64,000 nt of DNA from Fervidicoccaceae archaeon (GTDB taxonomy: Archaea > Thermoproteota > Thermoprotei_A > Sulfolobales > Fervidicoccaceae), in assembly GCA_038734945.1 (NCBI GenBank), contig JAVYOA010000002.1, positions 1 through 64,000 of the forward strand, written 5' to 3'. Made by a program: the position numbers and the translations under genes. The notes under the pieces are model-generated. The model saw nothing but the letters and a program-made list of their open reading frames with translations. It was not told the origin of the DNA and did not search any database. This document shows positions 49,093-59,483 of this stretch, piece after piece; positions within the stretch are counted from its first letter, which is position 1, and each line of letters starts with the position of its first letter.

Positions 49093-50472
49093 TTACCTCA
49101 CAGCTTTTGAGAGCCATTCTCCCTTTTTTGCCCATAAGTAGCCTCCGATTCCAGCGTATAAATTGCTTAAGGAAATAGCAATCCAAACTCCCAATTGACC
49201 GAGACCGAAAAGAAAGCCTAGTAGGCCGCTCAGTCCTATTCTAAAAACATAGAGTCTAATTATGGAAAGTATTGTGAAATTCAACGTGTGGCCAGATCCA
49301 GTGGCAAGGGCACTGCTGGTGAAAAAGAGCCCTAGAAATGGGAGTGAAGCAGCAAAAGCTATCATCAGAGAGGATCCCACTGAAGCAACAGCATCATCGT
49401 TTATAAATGCTCTTATGAGTGGTATTCTGAAGATTGAGATTAAAGTGGCTCCGATGAGGAGAGAGAGGAAAACGAACCTGTGGGCAATTGATGCAACCTT
49501 CTTTGCTCTCTCATATATTTCTGCTCCTATGGCTTGTGCTATCATTATAGATAATCCTCTATTTATTCCCCATGTGAACGATTGAACTATATCCAAAAGC
49601 CTCAGAGTGACGCCATACGCTGCTACTGCAGCATCCCCGAAATGTGCTACAATAGACATCATTATCAAGAAAGCTAAGTTTATAGTTATGTTCTGAATGA
49701 CAAGCGGAAAACCTACTTTATTAATTAGCTTGAAAATGTAGCTATTGGGAAACAGATCATCCTTGGACGGCTTCATCCCTCCTTTTTCTCTGAAGAGGAA
49801 AAGAAGCAATAGAGAAGCTTGAAATCCCCTTGCTATGTTCGAAGTTATGGCTGCCCCCTTTACTTCCAATCTTGGGAATCCGAATAAGCCGAAGATAAGG
49901 ATGGGGTCAAGAATCATGTTCAGGATGATGCTAGCTATATTGATTTTTGTTGGAGTTCGAGTGTCACCATATGAGTTCATTATGGATGTCAGGGAAAATG
50001 AAAGAAAGACGAGAGGAGTACCAAGGATGCTTAGCTTCATGTAAGAAACTGCAAAGGGATATACGTCCGATGGGGTATTCATAACGGAGATGATCCATGG
50101 AGTTGCCATGTAGACTGGGATCGAGACAAAAAGGCTTAGGATAAAGAGAAAGGTAATGCTGAAGCCTGACGATTTTGAAGCTCTTTGTAGGTCTCCCCCA
50201 CCAAAATATTGGGAGATTATTGTTGAGCCAGCAGTAGAATATGCCATTCCAATAGATTGAAAGAGCCAAATAACAGTCGAAGTTATTGTCGGGGCATCAA
50301 ACTGTTCAACTCCAAGCCTTCCAAGCCAGAGAGCATTGATTAAGTTATAAGCCATGTTTACATAGTTTGCTACAATTGCTGGCCATGATAGCCAAAGCAA
50401 GGTGTTCAGGGGAGATCCGTACAAGATCCTTGTTCTGTTCTCAAGCAGCTCCCTATTCTCCCCTTTCTCCAT
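49093..50472 (-). CDS. MATE family efflux transporter
   Basis: 12 TM; GDTRTP, NMILDPILI, LEVKGAA. Confidence 0.9.
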   Translation of the reverse strand: MEKGENRELLENRTRILYGSPLNTLLWLSWPAIVANYVNMAYNLINALWLGRLGVEQFDAPTITSTVIWLFQSIGMAYSTAGSTIISQYFGGGDLQRASKSSGFSITFLFILSLFVSIPVYMATPWIISVMNTPSDVYPFAVSYMKLSILGTPLVFLSFSLTSIMNSYGDTRTPTKINIASIILNMILDPILIFGLFGFPRLEVKGAAITSNIARGFQASLLLLFLFREKGGMKPSKDDLFPNSYIFKLINKVGFPLVIQNITINLAFLIMMSIVAHFGDAAVAAYGVTLRLLDIVQSFTWGINRGLSIMIAQAIGAEIYERAKKVASIAHRFVFLSLLIGATLISIFRIPLIRAFINDDAVASVGSSLMIAFAASLPFLGLFFTSSALATGSGHTLNFTILSIIRLYVFRIGLSGLLGFLFGLGQLGVWIAISLSNLYAGIGGYLWAKKGEWLSKAVR

Positions 50473-50556
50473 CTGAACCTCGCGCCTTCATTTTTATTTT
50501 TTAATTTTTCCCTTGATTGGTTTAAAAATTAATTAGGGGTAAATGATCTTCTGCTA

Positions 50557-51114
50557 TTGGTGGTTTCTACTGTGAAATTGAAAGATGCTGTTGAAATTTC
50601 GTTGATCGCTGGAGGTTATGCGGCTTTAACTATAATGGTTGCTCCAATCGCGTACGGTCCTATTCAGGCCAGGATAAGCGATATTCTCCTGTCTTTGCCT
50701 TTTTCGAGGAGATTTGGATTGAAGGGAGTCATAGGATTAACTGTGGGAGCTTTTCTCTCTAACCTCGCTTCTCCCTATGGGGCATATGACATGGTTCTAG
50801 GAACGCTTGCAAATTTCACCTCATCACTGCTAGTATATGCCTCGAGAAAGTTACCATTCCCATTGAGGATATCTCTTGTTACAGGTATTGCTCTTGGGAT
50901 AGCTGCAGTAGATTTCATAATAGGATACGTCCTTCTTGGACTAATCTATCAGGTACCCCTGCTCTATGGTATGGGGGGTGTTGCTATAGGCGAGATCCTC
51001 ACATTTGGAATAGGGGGCTATTTACTAGCAACTGGGCTGGAAAAACGGTATGGAGAGGGAGCAGAGAGAAATGATTATGGAGCTAGCCAAAGTGAGGGTA
51101 AGGCTGAACGGTAG
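50557..51114 (+). CDS. queT: QueT family ECF S component
   Basis: YAALT...PIAYGPIQARIS...GLTVG..LSN..SP.G..D. Confidence 0.82.
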   Translation: MVVSTVKLKDAVEISLIAGGYAALTIMVAPIAYGPIQARISDILLSLPFSRRFGLKGVIGLTVGAFLSNLASPYGAYDMVLGTLANFTSSLLVYASRKLPFPLRISLVTGIALGIAAVDFIIGYVLLGLIYQVPLLYGMGGVAIGEILTFGIGGYLLATGLEKRYGEGAERNDYGASQSEGKAER

Positions 51115-51772
51115 AGAAGTGCTGAAAGATGTGTCTTTGAGGTTTGACCCAGGAATAACAGTTCTCCTAGGTGAGAATAGCAGTGGAAAGACAACACTGC
51201 TTAAGACAGCGGCTGGGCTAATTAGGCCAGAAAGTGGAACAATTTTCATTGACGGAAAGGACATAGGATTGATGAAACCTAAGGAAAGAGCAAGGCTAAT
51301 AGGTTATTGCTGGCAAAACCCCTACAGTGGATTCTTCGAGGAGAATGTGAAGAGAGAGGTGGAGTTTATACTGAAAAACATTGGAGCAGCAGGGAGGAGG
51401 GATGTTCTGGAAATTCTTGGGATAGAGAAGCTCATGACAAGAAATCCATTCAAGCTGAGTGGTGGAGAAGCTAGGAGGGTTTCTATTGCTAGCGTTATTG
51501 TGGCTGATCAGCCAATAATTCTCCTCGATGAACCATTCAATGAGATGGATCTGGATGGATATATATCTATTCTCAAGCTCTTGAATATGTTTAAAAATGA
51601 GGGAAAAACAGTTGTTGTTGCCCTTAACAATGCTTTGACGATCGATTCCATTCGTCCGGAGAAAGTAGTTGTTCTTAAGGAAGGGAAGGTTGTTTTAGCT
51701 AAAAAGTTTGGAGAAATAACAGAGGATGAGCTCGAAAGAAATAACATCGTAACGAGGAGAGCGATCAGTTGA
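51050..51772 (+). CDS. ECF/ABC transporter ATPase
   Basis: GENSSGKTT, QNP, LSGGE, LLDEP. Confidence 0.88.
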   Translation: MEREQREMIMELAKVRVRLNGREVLKDVSLRFDPGITVLLGENSSGKTTLLKTAAGLIRPESGTIFIDGKDIGLMKPKERARLIGYCWQNPYSGFFEENVKREVEFILKNIGAAGRRDVLEILGIEKLMTRNPFKLSGGEARRVSIASVIVADQPIILLDEPFNEMDLDGYISILKLLNMFKNEGKTVVVALNNALTIDSIRPEKVVVLKEGKVVLAKKFGEITEDELERNNIVTRRAIS

Positions 51773-52353
51773 ATCTAATAGAGGAGATAGTGAAGGCTAG
51801 AGAAGCGGGAACCGAGCTGAAAGGATTGAAGGCTAGCGTCTTGAAGGCTGCAATTTTGCTTTTATCTTTAATATCAATAGCTCTTCCTCATCAGCAAGAA
51901 ATTTCTATTGCTATAGCGATCTTATCTTCAGTTCTTCTTTCCGTTTCTGGTGCCTTCAGAGTTTTGCTAGGTGGTTACTTTCTGTTCTCCACGACTGTAA
52001 TTCCAATAGATGCTATAAGCTTAGCTTATGGTGGAAGCTTTTTCTCGATTCTGAGAGTCACTACATATACTCTCTCCACTATGCTCTCTCTAATTTTGTT
52101 CATTTCAACAACTGATAACAGTGATCTAGAGAGTCTATTTGGTAGGAGGAGAATCATTATATACACTTATTCTTCAATCTTTTACTTCATGAATTCTCTC
52201 AAAAATGTTGAGGATTCCTTTAAAAGCAGAGGATATGAAGCAAGGGTTAGAAATCCGTGGAGTTTCGTTCCTCTTCTCATATCCTATGTTTATTTCATCT
52301 TGGAAAAGATGGAGAGCGTTGCTGAGAGCATTGAAGCAAGAGGGGGAGATTAG
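51769..52353 (+). CDS. ECF transporter T component (short)
   Basis: Membrane protein with SRG and ARG motifs. Confidence 0.7.
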   Translation: MNLIEEIVKAREAGTELKGLKASVLKAAILLLSLISIALPHQQEISIAIAILSSVLLSVSGAFRVLLGGYFLFSTTVIPIDAISLAYGGSFFSILRVTTYTLSTMLSLILFISTTDNSDLESLFGRRRIIIYTYSSIFYFMNSLKNVEDSFKSRGYEARVRNPWSFVPLLISYVYFILEKMESVAESIEARGGD

Positions 52354-52364
52354 AGTTTTGTCTT

Positions 52365-52620
52365 TTACACATGCGATGATAATGCTCTTACTAGGTCTGC
52401 GATGAACACCTTGCTGTGCTTGTAGCAATTCAATAATCCTCTATATATCCTCTTGTGCTCTTGGTTCTTCACTCTGCATAGTGGGCAGGTCGAGGAAGTG
52501 TTCTCTTCATTAACGAGCTCCACCTTTATACCGTGCTCTTTTCCTACTTCGATCACTCTTCTCGCTAGACATTCCAATGTCCATGTATGAACCACTTCGA
52601 AGTTGACCTTGGAGGTTCTA
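52365..52620 (-). mobile_element. tnpB: IS200/IS605 TnpB C-terminal remnant
   Basis: HTW...GKEHGIKVELVNEENTSSTCPLC...LLNC..H..VFIADLV; N-terminal part absent. Confidence 0.8.
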
Positions 52621-52756
52621 TTGCTGTTTTGAGATATGTATTTTTGATAGCAAAATAGAACTTTGAAATACCTTTCCTGTAATTTATAGAAAGGTTCATT
52701 CAAAAAAAGAATATGTGCGAAAGATGTTTTAAAGATTTTTTCCAAAACATTTAGTA

Positions 52757-52996
52757 GTGAGAGTTATGTGCTTTGGATGCTGGGGATTTTGGCCATTTTG
52801 GGGAATGGGCATAGGAGGATTCTTCTTCCCAATGATGATGCTAATAGTATGGCTTCTTTTTATAGCAATTGGGATTGGGATCGTTGTCTATGTTATAAAG
52901 CGCATAGATCTATCAAGCAATGATAGGAAAAGATATGAGGAATTGAAAAAGAAGATAGAAGAGCTGGAAAAGAAGCTGGAGAGCTCCTCCCATTAA
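52757..52996 (+). CDS. small single-pass membrane protein
   Basis: G/W/M-rich N-terminus, TM helix, coiled-coil tail. Confidence 0.7.
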   Translation: MRVMCFGCWGFWPFWGMGIGGFFFPMMMLIVWLLFIAIGIGIVVYVIKRIDLSSNDRKRYEELKKKIEELEKKLESSSH

Positions 52997-53074
52997 TTTT
53001 TCCATTTTTTTAAAAATAAGCAGACTTCTTCGGAAAATATACTTTTATTTTCCTTCTCAGATATAGAGGTGCTT

Positions 53075-53150
53075 GGGCCCGTAGCCCAGCCAGGATTAAG
53101 GCACCGGCCTTCGGAGCCGGGGATCCCGGGTTCAAATCCCGGCGGGCCCG
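53075..53150 (+). tRNA. tRNA-Arg(TCG)
   Basis: GGGCCCG...CCGGC-CT-TCG-GA-GCCGG...GGTTCAAATCC...CGGGCCC-G. Confidence 0.95.
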
Positions 53151-53299
53151 TGGTAATTATTCCTTAGCTAAAAAATCATCATAATTGTTGACTTAAATCA
53201 AATATCCTTGAAGTGCTAATGCTCATAGCTTGTAATAGCTAATAGGTGTTTTTCAAAAATTAGCGCGAATGCCAATGCCATTTAATTATGCTTTTTCAA

Positions 53300-54133
53300 T
53301 TAACCTCCTATCTCCCTCGAAAACCCTGTTTCTTTTTTCTTTCTGCTTGCTAAATGAACACCCAGCAAAAAAACTAAGTAAAATGGGATTGCTAGCATGA
53401 ACATTGTTATTCCGGAGGGATCAGGGGTTATCACAGCAGCAATAAAGAGTATTGCTATGAAGATCAGTCTGGAATTATAGCCCTTGAGCTTTTCAGCGTC
53501 CACTACTCCAAATACGATGAGATAGTAGATGACAAGAGGGATCTCAAATATAGCTCCCGTAGTCAGTGTTATTCCTATTATGAAGGAGAGGAGTTTGGAA
53601 TAAGTCATGCTTATGAGGAAGTTCTCTGTAGGAGCTGGAGCTGCTTGTAGAAGAAGCATGATCTTCATAGTTATTGGAGCTAGAACGAAATATCCCAAAA
53701 GAGCTCCAAAAATAAATAGTCCTACTCCAGCTGCGGCTGCCCCCTTCATCCTTTCTCTCTCATTTGGGTATAGAGCTGGCTTCACATATTCATATATTTC
53801 ATATGCTATGAATGGAGAGGAGATAATCGCTGCAAACAAGAGAGATGTGTAAAGTATAACATTGAAGCCTTCAAATGGAGATGTGTATATTACAGTTACA
53901 TTGAATGTGTGACCATACCAAGTTACGTTGGAGGGGAGCACATAGCTGACCATGTCCTTTGATAGTTCAGCAACAATTGGTACGTAAGAATGTGATACAT
54001 CTATGGGAATGAATGTGATTATGATCCAAACGGATATGAAAAAAATGAGGATTTTCTTTAGTCTCTCTGAAAGCTCCTCGAGATGCTTTTCAATTGGCTG
54101 TTCACTTTGTTCAGTTCCTCCTTTCTTTCGCAT
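53300..54133 (-). CDS. tatC: twin-arginine translocase TatC
   Basis: HLEEL, PALYPNE, FEIP, AAVITPDP. Confidence 0.93.
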   Translation of the reverse strand: MRKKGGTEQSEQPIEKHLEELSERLKKILIFFISVWIIITFIPIDVSHSYVPIVAELSKDMVSYVLPSNVTWYGHTFNVTVIYTSPFEGFNVILYTSLLFAAIISSPFIAYEIYEYVKPALYPNERERMKGAAAAGVGLFIFGALLGYFVLAPITMKIMLLLQAAPAPTENFLISMTYSKLLSFIIGITLTTGAIFEIPLVIYYLIVFGVVDAEKLKGYNSRLIFIAILFIAAVITPDPSGITMFMLAIPFYLVFLLGVHLASRKKKETGFSREIGG

Positions 54134-54159
54134 TCTCTTCAGCCCAGAAATTCTGGCTG

Positions 54160-54465
54160 CTACTTTCCAATTTTCTCCTGTATTTTCTTCAGAATTTCTG
54201 CATCGCTTAGTCCATTAACATCTATGCCGAGCTTCTTTGCTATTTCAAGTATAATCTGCCTGTCACTTTCAGTTAGCGTTTGCTTAGAAGATATGGCAGA
54301 AATTTGCTTTTTCTCCTCATCAGTAGCTCCTGAAGCTGCCTTTCTGAACTCCCTTAGAGCTTCTCCAATAGATCTAGCTAGCTGCGGGAGCTTCGAGGGG
54401 CCCAGCAGTAACAAAGCAATTACCAGAATTGCTATTATCTCCGGTGTGCCAAGTGAACCTGGCAT
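54160..54465 (-). CDS. tatA: twin-arginine translocase TatA
   Basis: G.PEI...LLLGPSKLPQLARSIGEALREFRKA. Confidence 0.93.
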   Translation of the reverse strand: MPGSLGTPEIIAILVIALLLLGPSKLPQLARSIGEALREFRKAASGATDEEKKQISAISSKQTLTESDRQIILEIAKKLGIDVNGLSDAEILKKIQEKIGK

Positions 54466-54623
54466 GTTTTTTCATCTCTGTTTAAAAATAACGAATAATA
54501 ATTAAATAAATTTAACTATTTAAATGGCTATCAGCCTGTTTTCCCACTTATAATAATTGAAAAATTTATATGAAAGGTCAAACATTAACTGAATAATAAG
54601 AAAAAATTTCAGGATGAAGCCTT

Positions 54624-56549
54624 ATGGGAAAAAGTATTTTTGAAAAAATTCTGACTGAGCATCTGGTGGAGGGAAAACCAGAACCAGGAGAAGAGGTATC
54701 AATAAAGATAGACCAAACACTGACACAGGATGCTACGGGAACAATGGCTTTCCTTGAATTTGAGGCCATAGGTATTCCCAGAATTAAGACGGAATTGAGC
54801 GTGAGCTATGTTGATCATAACATGCTTCAAATTGACTACCTGAACCCAGATGACCACCTCTATTTGCAGACAGCTGCAGCTAAATTTGGAGCATATTTCT
54901 CAAGGCCAGGTAATGGAATATGCCATCAGGTTCATCTGGAGAGGTTTGCAGCTCCTGGAAAGACCCTGCTAGGAAGCGACAGTCATACTCCTACAGCTGG
55001 AGGAATAGGTTCTTTGGCCATTGGAGCAGGAGGAATGGAAATAGCAGCAGCAATGGCAGGAGTTCCTTATACATTCAAGTACCCAAAGCTAGTTAAGGTG
55101 AATTTGAGAGGAAAGCTGAATGATTGGGTATCAGCAAAAGATGTTGTTTTAGAAATGCTCAGAAGACTCACAGTAAAAGGAGGTGTTGGAAAGGCATTCG
55201 AGTTCACTGGAGAGGGAGTAAGGTACCTAAGCGTTCCTGAAAGAGCTACAATAACAAATATGATGGTTGAGACAGGTGCTACTACGAGCATTTTCCCCAG
55301 TGATGAAATTACTAGGAAGTGGCTAGCAGCCCAGCAGAGAGAGGAGCAGTGGAAACCAATAGCCCCTGATCCTGATGCATACTATGATGAGGAAATCGAG
55401 CTTGATATGAGCGAGCTGGAACCCCTTGCTGCCTTGCCTCACTCTCCAGACAATGTTAAGCCAGTTGCTGAAGTAGAGGGCTATGAGATTGCTCAAGTAG
55501 CCATAGGCTCATGTACTAATTCTTCTCTGAGAGATATGAAAATTGTAGCAAATGCGCTGAAGGGAAAGAAAGTAGCAGAGAGCACATCGCTTCTCGTGAC
55601 GCCTGGCTCGAGACAAGTAGTTCTAAATTTAATAGCCAGCGGGGAATTCTACTATATTGTTGAGGCTGGAGGAAGAGTTCTGGAAAATGCATGTGGGCCC
55701 TGCATAGGAATGGGGGGAGCCCCTCCATCTGGCTCTCTGAGCGTCAGGACATATAATAGGAATTTCAAAGGAAGAAGTGGAACTGAGGATGCTGGTGTAA
55801 TATTGACTAGCCCTGAAACTGCTGTAGCAACAGCTATAACAGGGAAGCTAACTGATCCAAGAAGGCTCGGAAAGATGCCAGAAATAGTTATGCCGGAGAA
55901 GTTCATCGTTGATGATAGAATGATTATTCCTCCTCTTCCGCCATCTCAGGCACAAAGCGTCCAGATAAGAAGAGGACCAAATATAAGGCCGTTGCCCAAC
56001 TTCGATCCGCTTCCAAAGGAAGTTGAGGGAGAGGTTCTGATAAAGCTGGGAGACAATGTAACAACAGATGATATATTGCCAGCAGGAGCAAATGTCCTCC
56101 CTCTCAGGAGCAATATAGAGAGAATATCAAAGTTCATTTTCCATAGGCTCGATCCAAGCTTCTATGATAGAGCAGTTGAGAAAAAGGGAGGAATTATTGT
56201 TGGAGGAGAGAACTATGGACAGGGGTCAAGCAGAGAGCATGCAGCCATTGTTCCCAGGTATTTGGGAATAAGAGTAGTGATGGCAAGATCATTTGCTAGA
56301 ATACACAGGCAAAATCTAGTGAACTTTGGTGTAGTTCCACTGATCTTCACCAGTACTGAGGACTACAATTCTGTACAGAAGGGAGATAGAATTAGAATTG
56401 AGCTGGGTAAGCTCGAAAGTAGGGAAGTAAAAGCTCATCTAATAGGAAAAGAAAGGACAATTTCTCTGAAGCATGATCTCTCCGAGAAGGAGAGGGAAGT
56501 TATTTTGGCAGGGGGTCTCCTGCCGTGGATCAGATTGAATTTTTCTTAA
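54624..56549 (+). CDS. acn: aconitate hydratase (single chain)
   Basis: QDATG, DHN, GSDSHT, GSCTN, CGPCIG, NRNF, GSSREHA. Confidence 0.93.
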   Translation: MGKSIFEKILTEHLVEGKPEPGEEVSIKIDQTLTQDATGTMAFLEFEAIGIPRIKTELSVSYVDHNMLQIDYLNPDDHLYLQTAAAKFGAYFSRPGNGICHQVHLERFAAPGKTLLGSDSHTPTAGGIGSLAIGAGGMEIAAAMAGVPYTFKYPKLVKVNLRGKLNDWVSAKDVVLEMLRRLTVKGGVGKAFEFTGEGVRYLSVPERATITNMMVETGATTSIFPSDEITRKWLAAQQREEQWKPIAPDPDAYYDEEIELDMSELEPLAALPHSPDNVKPVAEVEGYEIAQVAIGSCTNSSLRDMKIVANALKGKKVAESTSLLVTPGSRQVVLNLIASGEFYYIVEAGGRVLENACGPCIGMGGAPPSGSLSVRTYNRNFKGRSGTEDAGVILTSPETAVATAITGKLTDPRRLGKMPEIVMPEKFIVDDRMIIPPLPPSQAQSVQIRRGPNIRPLPNFDPLPKEVEGEVLIKLGDNVTTDDILPAGANVLPLRSNIERISKFIFHRLDPSFYDRAVEKKGGIIVGGENYGQGSSREHAAIVPRYLGIRVVMARSFARIHRQNLVNFGVVPLIFTSTEDYNSVQKGDRIRIELGKLESREVKAHLIGKERTISLKHDLSEKEREVILAGGLLPWIRLNFS

Positions 56550-56573
56550 TTAAAAAAAATCGGGTGAGTTTGA

Positions 56574-57803
56574 ATGGTTGACAGGTCCGAAATAGAAAAG
56601 GCAAAGGAGTATTTTGGGAAAATATTGGAAGAACAGCTTGCAAGGGCGGAGAAAATAAAGTCCTCCCAAGCAATTATAGATTTCACAAAGGTCAGACCAA
56701 TTGTTATAGGTGTTGCTGGAGGAGATGGTATAGGTCCAATTATAGTTAGTGAGGCAGAAAGGATCCTCAAGCATCTCCTTTCAGAGGAGATTGAAAAGGG
56801 AATTGTTGTATTCAAGGAGATTGAAGGCTTAACCATTGAGAATAGGGCACGAGTGATGAAAGCAGTACCAGATGAAGTTCTTGAGGAGATCAAGAAAACA
56901 CATGTCCTATTGAAGGGCCCCACCCATACTCCATCTCCGGGTGATCCCTGGCCCAATATTGAGAGCGCCAACGTTGCTCTGAGGAGGGAGCTCGATCTCT
57001 TTGCTAACGTGAGACCAGTTAAGAATCCCTTGCTGGGAATAGACTGGACATTCTTCAGGGAGAATACTGAGGGAGAATACATACTTGGGAGCATGGGAAT
57101 TGATATTGATGATGTATCAATAGATTTCAAAGTAATAACTGAGGCTGGCAGTGAGAGGATAATTAGGATGGCCTTTGACTATGCCAGGAAGACTGGGCTG
57201 AACAGAGTTTCCGTTATAACTAAGGCCAATGTTGTTAAAAAGACAGATGGAAGGTTCTACAGAGTTGCTGAAAGGGTTGCAAAAGAATATCCCGAAGTAA
57301 AATGGGATCACTGGTTCATTGACATATTCTCAGCCAAGCTCCTCGATCCTGAGAGAAGGAGTGACTTCAAAGTGATAGTGTCTCCAAATCTCTACGGCGA
57401 CATATTAACAGATGAGGCTGCACAGCTTCAAGGAGGTGTGGGAACAGCAGGGAGCGCTAACATTGGGGCAAGATATGCTATGTTTGAGGCAATTCATGGA
57501 ACAGCCCCTAGAATGGTGAAGGAGGGGAGAGCAATTTATGCCGATCCGGAGAGCATACTGAGGGCATCCGTTCTCATGTTGAAGCACATTGGGTTGAACG
57601 AGAAGGCTGAAATGCTGGATATGGCGCTCGACATATGCAGCATTTTCGAGAGAAAGATCGTTGTGACAGGAAGACCTGGAGGAGCCACGACAAGGCAATA
57701 TGGCGATTATGTGCTGAGCTGGATCGAAAACCCACATCTCAAGGAAGAATGGAAAAGGGCTTATGAGTCATTCATAGCAAAAGCGAGATCGGAGGGAAAA
57801 TAA
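56574..57803 (+). CDS. isocitrate/isopropylmalate dehydrogenase family protein
   Basis: GDGIGP, ESANVALRR, RENTEG.Y, TKANV, NLYGDILTD, EAIHGTAP. Confidence 0.9.
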   Translation: MVDRSEIEKAKEYFGKILEEQLARAEKIKSSQAIIDFTKVRPIVIGVAGGDGIGPIIVSEAERILKHLLSEEIEKGIVVFKEIEGLTIENRARVMKAVPDEVLEEIKKTHVLLKGPTHTPSPGDPWPNIESANVALRRELDLFANVRPVKNPLLGIDWTFFRENTEGEYILGSMGIDIDDVSIDFKVITEAGSERIIRMAFDYARKTGLNRVSVITKANVVKKTDGRFYRVAERVAKEYPEVKWDHWFIDIFSAKLLDPERRSDFKVIVSPNLYGDILTDEAAQLQGGVGTAGSANIGARYAMFEAIHGTAPRMVKEGRAIYADPESILRASVLMLKHIGLNEKAEMLDMALDICSIFERKIVVTGRPGGATTRQYGDYVLSWIENPHLKEEWKRAYESFIAKARSEGK

Positions 57804-58796
57804 ATGGTATACACTTCAAAGGGTAAACTATTTAGGGATGCTCTCCAGAGGCCTGGGCTGCTTTTCAGGCCGTGTGCCTATGATGCTCTCTCTGCTATAT
57901 TGATAGAAAGAGCTGGCTTTGAAGTTATAGGAACCACTGGCTATGGGATAGCAGCAAGTTTGATTGGACAGCCAGATATAGGGCTAGTAAGCTATGGAGA
58001 GATGGTGGAGAGAGTTAGAACAATAATAGCTGCAGTATCTAAGCCTGTTGATGTTGATGCAGACACAGGCTATGGAAATGCGCTCAATGTATATTGGGCC
58101 GTATACAATTTCTCTCTAATGGGTGCAGGAGGGGTCAGAATAGAAGACCAAGTTTGGCCAAAAAGATGCGGACACATGGCAGGGAAGCAGATAATAGCGA
58201 AGGACGAAATGGTTCAAAAGATCAAAGCTGCAGTCAAAGCAAAAAACGAGGTGGATCCTGAAATTGTTATTGGAGCCAGAACTGATGCGAGAAGCGTTGC
58301 TGGTCTGAGTGCAGTTATTGAGCGAGGAAAAGCCTATGCTGAGGCTGGAGCAGATTACGTATATGTTGAGGCTCCTCAGTCGCTTGAAGAGCTAAAGCTT
58401 ATTGTTAAGAGCATACCTGCTCCAATAGCTCTGAACATAATTCCTGGGGGGAGAACTCCACCGTTTACAGTTGAACAGCTGGAGGAGGCTGGAGTAAAAT
58501 ATCTTTCAATACCGATGATTGCCCTCTATCCAGCAACGAAAGCCATAATTGATGCTCTCAAGGTCTTCAGAGAAACGAAAGATCTCATGAAGCTAGCATC
58601 AATGGGAGTCAGCTGGAGCGAGTTCAATGAGATTGTGGGAATGAAAAAATGGAGGAGCATGGAGCTGGAGTTCTCAACGAAGGAAGATCTCATAGCAAGG
58701 TATGGAACTGACAATCTGGAAGAAATAATGAGAAGAGAAATGCTGGAAACTGAGTCAAAATGGAAGAAGTCAGAGAAGGGGAGCAACAGCACCTGA
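57804..58796 (+). CDS. isocitrate lyase/PEP mutase family enzyme (PrpB-like)
   Basis: YDALSA, DADTGYG, IEDQ..PKRCGH, ARTDA. Confidence 0.88.
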   Translation: MVYTSKGKLFRDALQRPGLLFRPCAYDALSAILIERAGFEVIGTTGYGIAASLIGQPDIGLVSYGEMVERVRTIIAAVSKPVDVDADTGYGNALNVYWAVYNFSLMGAGGVRIEDQVWPKRCGHMAGKQIIAKDEMVQKIKAAVKAKNEVDPEIVIGARTDARSVAGLSAVIERGKAYAEAGADYVYVEAPQSLEELKLIVKSIPAPIALNIIPGGRTPPFTVEQLEEAGVKYLSIPMIALYPATKAIIDALKVFRETKDLMKLASMGVSWSEFNEIVGMKKWRSMELEFSTKEDLIARYGTDNLEEIMRREMLETESKWKKSEKGSNST

Positions 58797-59474
58797 AAAG
58801 AGCAAGAGAGAGAAGAATAAGTATCCAATAAAGATCCCTGTAGCGAGGGGGACTCCAAAGCTGGCAATGATGTAGGAGTCATCTATTTTGTATTTTTCTG
58901 GATAGAGGGGATCGATTTCCACATTAGCATGGAGCCTCCTAATGCTAGAAGAAACAAGAGGGAAATAGAATTTTTTCCTGAAAAATTCCTCCTTGCTCAT
59001 AACCTCTCCAAAAATGAAGTAGTAGGCCTTCCTCAAGCTCGTCATTCCAGATGTGAGGTTATTGAACAGCTGCTTTCTTCTAAAATTAATGATAATGTTC
59101 CTCATGATTATGAAAAGGGGGAGGAAGAAGGAAAAGGCAGTTGCAATGAAGCCAGGAAAAATTGGTATTCCGAAGAATAAGATTGGGAATGGATTAAGCA
59201 AAAATACATAGGATACAATGAAAGCATCACCTCTTCCCATGAGTCCAAGAGCTGAAAGCACGAATATCATTATGAAAGATATGAGGCCCACTGCAAGGTT
59301 AACTAGAGTTGGGAGGGGGTTTAACTCATAATATATGAAATTCACAGCTGCTGTTATAGGAATCATTAGATAGAAAGCCTTCGAGGATATTTCCCTTGTT
59401 TTCCAATCCTCATAGGATAAGTAAGAATAGTAAACTAGAGTAACAGCTAGAGAGATGAATATGAGCTGATTCAT
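58770..59474 (-). CDS. A24 prepilin peptidase (PibD-like)
   Basis: EDWKTREI and MGRGD aspartyl motifs; last gene of the pilin cluster. Confidence 0.8.
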   Translation of the reverse strand: MNQLIFISLAVTLVYYSYLSYEDWKTREISSKAFYLMIPITAAVNFIYYELNPLPTLVNLAVGLISFIMIFVLSALGLMGRGDAFIVSYVFLLNPFPILFFGIPIFPGFIATAFSFFLPLFIIMRNIIINFRRKQLFNNLTSGMTSLRKAYYFIFGEVMSKEEFFRKKFYFPLVSSSIRRLHANVEIDPLYPEKYKIDDSYIIASFGVPLATGIFIGYLFFSLLLFSGAVAPLL

Positions 59475-59483
59475 CTAACATCA

